Shown: positions 1 through 5,600 of the stretch, piece after piece
Layout of the letters: every line of letters starts with the position of its first letter
Numbering within the stretch: the first letter of the stretch is position 1
Sequence record: NZ_MK973083.1
Direction: 5' to 3' (one strand)
Length of the DNA stretch: 5,600 nucleotides
DNA from: a plasmid
The notes under the pieces: generated by a model
The model's database searches: none
Told to the model about the DNA's origin: nothing
Seen by the model: only the letters and a program-made list of their open reading frames with translations
Program-made: the position numbers and the translations under genes

Positions 1-320
<320 letters not shown>

Positions 321-384
321 CTGTCAGACCAAGTTTACTCATATATACTTTAGATTGATTTAAAACTTCATTTTTAATTTAAAA

Positions 385-407
385 GGATCTAGGTGAAGAT
401 CCTTTTT
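385..407 (+). terminator. bla intrinsic terminator (GGATCT-AGGTGA-AGATCC hairpin plus T5)
   Basis: Perfect 6-bp stem at 385-390/397-402 followed by TTTTT at 403-407, ~65 nt after the bla stop. Same sequence as downstream of bla in Tn3/pBR322. Confidence 0.6.
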
Positions 408-414
408 GATAATC

Positions 415-582
415 TCATGACCAAAATCCCTTAACGTGAGTTTTCGTTCCACTGAGCGTCAGACCCCTATCTATAAACTCTTGGCTTGGTTCTAATCCCT
501 CTAAACGATTATTATCAATAGCCGCTCTAACCGCTTTTTCTCGGCTTAATTTTTCTGTCTCTGTTATAAAATTGCTATTCAT
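415..582 (-). CDS. Small hypothetical ORF truncated/fused by the transposon end. About 38 native residues are backbone-encoded (MNSNFITETEKLSREKAVRAAIDNNRLEGLEPSQEFID) and the last 17 residues are encoded by the Tn IR. ATG at 582 preferred over the track's TTG at 597.
   Basis: ORF track 415..597. The reading frame crosses the Tn boundary at 467/468, so its C-terminus is not native. It is co-directional with rep and 25-40 bp downstream of it. Contains an RLEGLEP motif (see findings). Confidence 0.4.
   Translation of the reverse strand: MNSNFITETEKLSREKAVRAAIDNNRLEGLEPSQEFIDRGLTLSGTKTHVKGFWS
430..467. repeat. Tn3-family 38-bp terminal inverted repeat (right end, IRR)
   Basis: CTTAACGTGAGTTTTCGTTCCACTGAGCGTCAGACCCC is the reverse complement of the canonical Tn3 IR GGGGTCTGACGCTCAGTGGAACGAAAACTCACGTTAAG. 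Similarity to the Tn3/pBR322 sequence stops exactly at 467. Confidence 0.9.
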
Positions 583-621
583 CTTGTTCTTCTTCAAAAA
601 AAAGTTAAGTAAAATACCTAC

Positions 622-1608
622 CTAAATTTTTACTAGTTCGCAATCTACGAGCTTATAACCTCGTTTTTTCAATTCATTTAAAAAATCAGATTTTGAGCCT
701 AATTTTGATCTATTGCTATCGTTACCCGCTAGAAATACCCAGTAATTACGCAAATCTTCATTGGTAACTTTCGTAATATCGGTGTAATGATCTTCGAGTA
801 TTTTTAAGCAATCTCTAGCCCATAAACCGTACTCGTGATTGCTCATCTTAGGGTTTTGCTTATCGAGTTTGACGAACTTCCCATACTTGTTTTTATGTGG
901 AAATACTGGCCGTTTTGCAACTTCTTCAATTTTTTGAGCTGTTCGTTTTTTACTACCAATCACAAAATTTAAAGAGTGAATAGTACGCCCACGCTTGATT
1001 TGTTCAACCTCAACGACTAAATCAGATTTCTCGTTAATCTCAGTTATTGCAGGTTCCAAAACACGTTGATTTAATGAATTAAATCTAGGGTATTTATTTT
1101 CAACCTGAAGCCATTCTTTTAGTTTTTCTACTGTAATTTCACGACTACCAACAGAGCGATATTGTGTAATTAGCTCATAAATTCGAATTGAATGTACACT
1201 GTTGAAATAAGCGATATGTTTGAGTTGATATTGCGTGAATTGCCCTTTAAGTTGCGTTAGGTATAGCATAACTTCATCAGTCATTGCAATTCTAAAACGC
1301 CCCTCTTTCTTGAAATATGTTCTAGAGGAAACCCAACGAAATTCAGTTACACGGTCTTTATCTTCAGTTTTAACACTTCGGTCATAAATCCGTTTTATAG
1401 CCGCCTGAATTTGCTTATAGGCGTTATCTTGGCTTATTTCTGGAAACTCACGGACAAAATCAGCCACCGTAAAATCAAAAATCTTTTGATTAGATTTCGG
1501 ATCCATAGTCCCAATAGTTAAAGCTAAAATTCTGATTTCATCAATACTCAATCGGTAATTGGCTTCAATAAGGCTATTAGCCTTTACAACAACTAAATCA
1601 TTTGGCAT
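622..1608 (-). CDS. rep: Rep_3-family iteron-binding replication initiator protein
   Basis: 328-aa ORF. The N-terminus ...[23 protein letters not shown]... has the hallmark Rep_3 (pi/RepA-like) signature. It lies immediately beside four 22-bp iterons and an AT-rich region. Confidence 0.92.
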   Translation of the reverse strand: MPNDLVVVKANSLIEANYRLSIDEIRILALTIGTMDPKSNQKIFDFTVADFVREFPEISQDNAYKQIQAAIKRIYDRSVKTEDKDRVTEFRWVSSRTYFKKEGRFRIAMTDEVMLYLTQLKGQFTQYQLKHIAYFNSVHSIRIYELITQYRSVGSREITVEKLKEWLQVENKYPRFNSLNQRVLEPAITEINEKSDLVVEVEQIKRGRTIHSLNFVIGSKKRTAQKIEEVAKRPVFPHKNKYGKFVKLDKQNPKMSNHEYGLWARDCLKILEDHYTDITKVTNEDLRNYWVFLAGNDSNRSKLGSKSDFLNELKKRGYKLVDCELVKI

Positions 1609-1630
1609 AAGACAACAAATTTCCTGTTTA
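1609..1630. promoter_or_regulatory. Inverted iteron copy abutting the rep start codon; likely Rep autoregulatory operator. Additional TTGTTGT/ACAACAA half-site copies in both orientations at 1632-1696.
   Basis: AAGACAACAAATTTCCTGTTTA is the reverse complement of iteron-like TAAACAGGAAATTTGTTGTCTT and ends at the rep ATG (1608). Its AGGAAA lies ~11 nt upstream of the ATG on the rep strand and could double as SD. Confidence 0.5.
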
Positions 1631-1696
1631 AAACAACAAGCAAAATATACCTGTTGTTTATATATAAAACAACAAGTATTTTCTTAAAAGTTGTCT

Positions 1697-1789
1697 ATAA
1701 CAGGAAATTTGTTGTCGTATAACAGGAAATTTGTTGTCTTATAACAGGAAATTTGTTGTCGTATAACAGGAAATTTGTTGTCGTATAAG
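1697..1789. repeat. Origin iterons: four tandem 22-bp direct repeats ATAACAGGAAATTTGTTGTCGT (1697-1718, 1719-1740 with one G->T, 1741-1762, 1763-1784) plus a partial fifth ATAAG
   Basis: Directly visible head-to-tail 22-bp repeats with no spacers, located upstream of the rep start. Confidence 0.92.
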
Positions 1790-1860
1790 TTTGTAACTTA
1801 TTGATTTTACTGGTTTTAAAAACGCCGAAAACAAGTAAAAAACAAAAATATAAAAATATA
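1790..1860. other. AT-rich region adjacent to the iterons; probable DNA-unwinding element of the vegetative origin
   Basis: TTGTAACTTATTGATTTTACTGGTTTTAAAAACGCCGAAAACAAGTAAAAAACAAAAATATAAAAATATA is more than 80% A+T. The iterons-plus-AT-rich layout is typical of Rep_3 origins. Confidence 0.55.
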
Positions 1861-1909
1861 GGGACTTTCGTCCCTTTTTTGGGCTTTCAGCCCTAATTTT
1901 TTCTTTTTT
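1861..1909. terminator. Twin short GC hairpins (GGGAC-TTTC-GTCCC then GGGCT-TTC-AGCCC) flanked by T/A runs on both sides; candidate bidirectional terminator between origin and mob module
   Basis: Hairpin 1 at 1861-1874 is followed by T6 on the plus strand and by TATATTTTTATATTTTT on the minus strand. Hairpin 2 at 1881-1893 is followed by TAATTTTTTCTTTTTT. Confidence 0.45.
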
Positions 1910-1929
1910 CAGGATTAAAAATTACAAAA

Positions 1930-2010
1930 CCCTTACAGAGCAAGTAAACTTGTTTGCTTGTTCTGCAAGGGTTCAGCAACCGTAGCCGTCAGGCGTAGGG
2001 CGGTAGCCTA
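1930..2010 (-). repeat. Left copy of a ~78-bp inverted repeat (IR-A). Contains the nested hairpin CCCTTACAGAGCAAG-TAAACTTGTTTG-CTTGTTCTGCAAGGG (1930-1971). Starts at the stop codon of the 85-aa ORF.
   Basis: The reverse complement of 1930-2010 aligns at ~80% identity with 4167-4243, shown here as rc/plus pairs: TAGGCTACCGCCCTACGCCTGACGGCTACGGTTGCTGAACCCTTGCAG... versus TAGCTAACGCCCTACGCCTACGGCTTCGGTTGTTCAACCCTTAAAG... Confidence 0.8.
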
Positions 2011-2265
2011 TAAAAGCCATTTAATTTTATCTTTAAACTTCCTTTTAAATGCTTTGAGTGGGTGTCTTTTATCGTACTCATCAATCCTTTTTTGCATTCT
2101 TTCGTTTGCTTTGTGATCGGCAAATTTTGAATAAGATTTTTCCATCTCATCTAACATTCTATCAATCCGTTTTTTATGTTGCCATTTCAGGTAAACATAA
2201 ACACTTATAGCAATTAAAGACAATATCAATACATTGTAAAAAATGATTGTTACAATTTCGCTCAC
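2008..2265 (-). CDS. Hypothetical 85-aa protein with one N-terminal transmembrane helix and a highly basic C-terminus; co-transcribed with mobC; possible mobilisation accessory (MobB-like role is speculative)
   Basis: GTG start 2 nt after the mobC stop (TAA-CT-GTG). Hydrophobic stretch IVTIIFYNVLILSLIAISVYVYL, then a K/R/E-rich tail. Followed by IR-A hairpin plus T-rich run. Confidence 0.55.
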   Translation of the reverse strand: MSEIVTIIFYNVLILSLIAISVYVYLKWQHKKRIDRMLDEMEKSYSKFADHKANERMQKRIDEYDKRHPLKAFKRKFKDKIKWLL

Positions 2266-2267
2266 AG

Positions 2268-2564
2268 TTATTTTTTACCTTTTTCAATTTCTTCATTGAT
2301 AAATGCACTCAATTCATCAAATTTCTTGTCATCATTGATAAATTTACGCAACTTAGGGAAGTTTCTATCTACATCTAAAAGAGGGTTATTTATTATTTCA
2401 TTTAGCCAAAAAGCCCCTAATAAAACCTTGTAATGCGTAGCTTTCTTACGCTTTTCTGCTTGTTCTTTTGACTTAATCGCACGAATTTTCGCTTTGATTT
2501 CGTCCTGCTTGCGTTGTAAATCTGCTTGTTGCTGTTCCAATCTTGTAAGTTTTTCGCTTGCCAT
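2268..2564 (-). CDS. mobC: MobC-like relaxosome accessory protein
   Basis: 98-aa ORF divergent from mobA across oriT, as in RSF1010. MASEKLTRLEQQQADLQRKQDEIKAKIRAIKSKEQAEKRKKATHYKVLLGAFWL resembles RSF1010 MobC (...RLAKLEEQRARINAEIQRVRAREQQQERKNETRRKVLVGAMILAK...) from memory. AAAGGGG SD upstream. Confidence 0.8.
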   Translation of the reverse strand: MASEKLTRLEQQQADLQRKQDEIKAKIRAIKSKEQAEKRKKATHYKVLLGAFWLNEIINNPLLDVDRNFPKLRKFINDDKKFDELSAFINEEIEKGKK

Positions 2565-2597
2565 ACTAGCCCCTTTATATAGTTAGAAATTATCGTT

Positions 2598-2626
2598 ATT
2601 TTATTCAGTAGGTGCTAGGCTTGCAA
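2598..2626 (-). promoter_or_regulatory. Candidate mobC promoter: the same palindromic -35 TTGCAA (2621-2626), 17-bp spacer, -10 TAAAAT (rc of 2598-2603)
   Basis: Mirror image of the mobA promoter. TTGCAA is its own reverse complement. Confidence 0.4.
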
Positions 2627-2650
2627 GTGTTCTGTTCATTACGTTAAAAT
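2621..2650 (+). promoter_or_regulatory. Candidate mobA promoter: -35 TTGCAA (2621-2626), 18-bp spacer, -10 TAAAAT (2645-2650)
   Basis: Sigma70-like hexamers read directly. The -10 lies within the oriT IR, compatible with relaxosome autoregulation as in RSF1010. Confidence 0.4.
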
Positions 2651-2732
2651 AACGTAATGCCCACTTATCAGTTTCTCTTCGAGAAACTGGTGGGCAAGCG
2701 TACCGCTTGACCGTTTCGCAATACTCAACACT

Positions 2733-4169
2733 ATGGCAATCTATCATTTAAACGTTCGCTATTGCAGTAAAAGCAAAGGGCAATCAGCTCAAGCCAAAAA
2801 CGACTACATCAACCGCAATGATAAATATTCAAAGCGGTTAGATGATTTACAGTTTTCAGGCTATGGTAATATGCCAAAATTTGCCGAAGATAATCCGCAA
2901 GAATTTTGGCGATTGTCAGATATTTACGAGCGAGCTAATGCCCGAGTTTGTACTGAAATTGAATTTGCTTTACCTAGAGAATTAACCCTAGAACAACAGC
3001 AAAAATTAGTAAGTTCGTTTATAGAAAATACGGTTGATAGCGGTAGCAATAAACTACCCTACTCTTTCGCTATCCATACCGATAAAAATAATCATAATCC
3101 CCATTGTCATTTGATATTTTCAGAACGCCAACTTGACGGCATAGACCGTACAGCCGAGCAGTTTTTTAAACGTGCTAATACTAAATCCCCAGAAAAGGGC
3201 GGAGCGATGAAAACGGCAGATTTTCGAGATCGTGAGTTTATCCAATCTGTCCGAAAAACGTGGAGAGAGCAAGCTAATCAAGCCTTAGAGCAATACGGAT
3301 ATGCCGCACGAATTGACGAACGTAGCTACAAGGAACAAGGCATAGAGCAAGCCCCAAGAGCAAGAATTGACAGGGTAACGTGGCAAGAATTGAACCGATT
3401 AGAGCAAGAAGAACGCCAAATCGTGCAAGAGCTTGCACTTAAAGGACAAGAAATTAACAAAGAAAAATCCTACTTGCAGAAAATCGAAGAAAAACAGGCT
3501 CAAGGAATGGGCAAATATGAATCCAAATTCGCAGCTGCGTTTTCTAAATTATCGGAAAGTGCCCTAAAACACGATTTAAGCAACGAAAAAGAAAAAGACA
3601 GTAAAATACACACTCAAGAAGAAAAAGTGCCTCAAAATCGCATTCAGGGGCTTTCTCAAGCAGATTTTGATCAGTTTTTAATTGATGAATGGCTACCTCA
3701 AATAGAAAAATACGTTAAAGCCCAAGAAAAGCGGGACGGAATGGAAGTAGAGATCACGCAATACGACAAGGATTTACAGCGTATTCAGGGAGACTATAAC
3801 AAGCTCACAGATAAAAATCAGGGTTTTCTCGGTTTATGGGAAACTAAAGAGCAAAAAGCAAAGAAAAAAGAGCTTGAAGATGAATACAAACATACAGCAG
3901 AGCAACGGAACGCTAAAAGCCAAGAATTAGCCGAGTATAGCCAAAAAATAAAAGCATACGAACAGAAAACGCTAGAGCCAATCAACGAGAAGATTGCCAA
4001 ATATCAAGCTGACAACCCTGAAATAAAAATGCGGAGCTTAGGATTTGTGAAAAAAATTAAGGCTCAAGGGGCATATAAAGCGGCTCAAGAGCGAATGGAG
4101 CGAGAAAAACAGCACCAACAGGAAAAACAACAGAGACATTTAGAGCGAGAGAGTGGTTTGAGCTTGTAG
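2733..4169 (+). CDS. mobA: MOBQ-family relaxase MobA (RSF1010 MobA-like N-terminal relaxase domain of ~200 aa, then a long E/K/Q-rich predicted coiled-coil tail; no primase domain)
   Basis: N-terminus MAIYHLNVRYCSKSKGQSAQAKNDYINR... versus RSF1010 MAIYHLTAKTGSRSGGQSARAKADYIQR... (catalytic Tyr at position 25). EIEFALPRE acidic motif. HTDKNNHNPHCHLIF three-histidine motif. KTPEKGGAMKT versus KTPEKGGAQKT. Confidence 0.93.
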   Translation: MAIYHLNVRYCSKSKGQSAQAKNDYINRNDKYSKRLDDLQFSGYGNMPKFAEDNPQEFWRLSDIYERANARVCTEIEFALPRELTLEQQQKLVSSFIENTVDSGSNKLPYSFAIHTDKNNHNPHCHLIFSERQLDGIDRTAEQFFKRANTKSPEKGGAMKTADFRDREFIQSVRKTWREQANQALEQYGYAARIDERSYKEQGIEQAPRARIDRVTWQELNRLEQEERQIVQELALKGQEINKEKSYLQKIEEKQAQGMGKYESKFAAAFSKLSESALKHDLSNEKEKDSKIHTQEEKVPQNRIQGLSQADFDQFLIDEWLPQIEKYVKAQEKRDGMEVEITQYDKDLQRIQGDYNKLTDKNQGFLGLWETKEQKAKKKELEDEYKHTAEQRNAKSQELAEYSQKIKAYEQKTLEPINEKIAKYQADNPEIKMRSLGFVKKIKAQGAYKAAQERMEREKQHQQEKQQRHLERESGLSL

Positions 4170-4243
4170 CTAACGCCCTACGCCTACGGCTTCGGTTGTT
4201 CAACCCTTAAAGAACTCGCAACAAGTTGCAAATTCTTTAAGGG
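4167..4243 (+). repeat. Right copy of the ~78-bp inverted repeat (IR-B). Contains the nested hairpin CCCTTAAAGAA-CTCGCAACAAGTTGCAAA-TTCTTTAAGGG (4204-4243). Starts at the mobA stop codon; probable mobA terminator.
   Basis: Perfect 11-bp outer stem with an inner GCAAC/GTTGC stem. Aligns with rc(1930-2010). Confidence 0.8.
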
Positions 4244-4367
4244 TTCGCAATAAAAACAACCGCTAAACATTTCTGCCCAGCGGTTGAAAATTTACCTATT
4301 CACCATTACAACAATGATCAAGCAGGAAATTTTTTTGATTGCCGTAAATGTCCGTATATCTAGTTGA

Positions 4368-4877
<510 letters not shown>

Positions 4878-4989
4878 TACGCTTATTTTTATAGGTTAAT
4901 GTCATGATAATAATGGTTTCTTAGACGTCAGGTGGCACTTTTCGGGGAAATGTGCGCGGAACCCCTATTTGTTTATTTTTCTAAATACA

Positions 4990-5600
<611 letters not shown>

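Larger units (their letters stand above)
2598..2700 (-). other. oriT (MOBQ/RSF1010-like). Inverted repeat CAGTTTCTC-TTC-GAGAAACTG (2669-2689). Nick-core TAAGTG on the minus strand (rc of 2663-2668); predicted nic near 2658-2662 on the minus strand. Second perfect IR CATTACGTT-AAAAT-AACGTAATG (2637-2659).
   Basis: Read on the minus strand: CCAGTTTCTCGAAGAGAAACTG-ATAAGTGGGCATTACG. Compare the RSF1010 oriT CCAGTTTCTCGAAGAGAAACCGG-TAAGTGCGCCCT recalled from memory. Location between divergent mobC and mobA. Confidence 0.8.

Noticed and set aside
561-582. CTCTGTTATAAAATTGC as an extra iteron half-site (TATAACAG)
   Set aside because: Only an 8-bp match, and it overlaps the start of the small ORF. 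Too weak to call.
1697-1789. 22-bp direct repeats as a CRISPR array
   Set aside because: Repeats are contiguous with no spacers and sit next to a Rep_3 gene and an AT-rich region, so they are origin iterons.
1790-1860. DnaA boxes (TTATCCACA-like) in the origin
   Set aside because: No 8/9 or better match seen by eye in the AT-rich region or near the iterons. A computational scan of both strands allowing one or two mismatches would be needed to be sure.
2001-2040. XerC/XerD (dif-like) site at the mob module boundaries
   Set aside because: Looked for the 11-6-11 ATTTCGTATAA...TTATGTTAAAT-type architecture near both IR copies and found no convincing match. The boundaries are explained by the hairpin-containing inverted repeats.
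3818-4000. 60-aa minus-strand ORF inside mobA
   Set aside because: Entirely antisense to the well-supported mobA CDS, with low-complexity S/F-rich translation mirroring the E/K-rich coding strand. Spurious.

Overview
The window reads as one complete small circular plasmid of about 5.6 kb, linearised inside blaTEM. The last base (5600) and the first bases (1...) join in frame across a PstI site, CTGCAG, so bla runs 5060..5600 and continues at 1..320. There are three modules. (1) A Tn3-family (Tn2-type) remnant occupies ~4410..5600 plus 1..467: a 5'-truncated tnpR resolvase fragment, the bla promoter, intact blaTEM, the bla terminator, and the 38-bp right terminal inverted repeat ending exactly at 467. 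(2) An AT-rich backbone replicon: a Rep_3-family initiator gene (622..1608, minus), with four tandem 22-bp iterons plus an AT-rich stretch (1697..1860) upstream of its start and an inverted iteron copy abutting the start codon. (3) An RSF1010-like MOBQ mobilisation module: a mobA relaxase (2733..4169, plus) transcribed divergently from mobC and a small membrane ORF (minus), with an RSF1010-like oriT in the intergenic region. This gene content and size match my recollection of the ~5.6-kb 'Africa-type' TEM penicillinase plasmids of Neisseria gonorrhoeae and Haemophilus. That is recognition from memory, not a database hit, so I see no wholly novel system here. Features worth a second look are: a ~78-bp element present in inverted orientation at both outer ends of the mob module, so both divergent mob transcripts end in the same structured 3' sequence; a symmetric divergent promoter pair sharing a palindromic -35 inside oriT; a small ORF cut by the transposon end that carries a Fic-antitoxin (VbhA/YhfG)-like RLEGLEP motif; an uncharacterised 85-aa membrane ORF coupled to mobC; and an iteron-like fragment next to the transposon truncation point. 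No tRNA, rRNA or CRISPR was seen.
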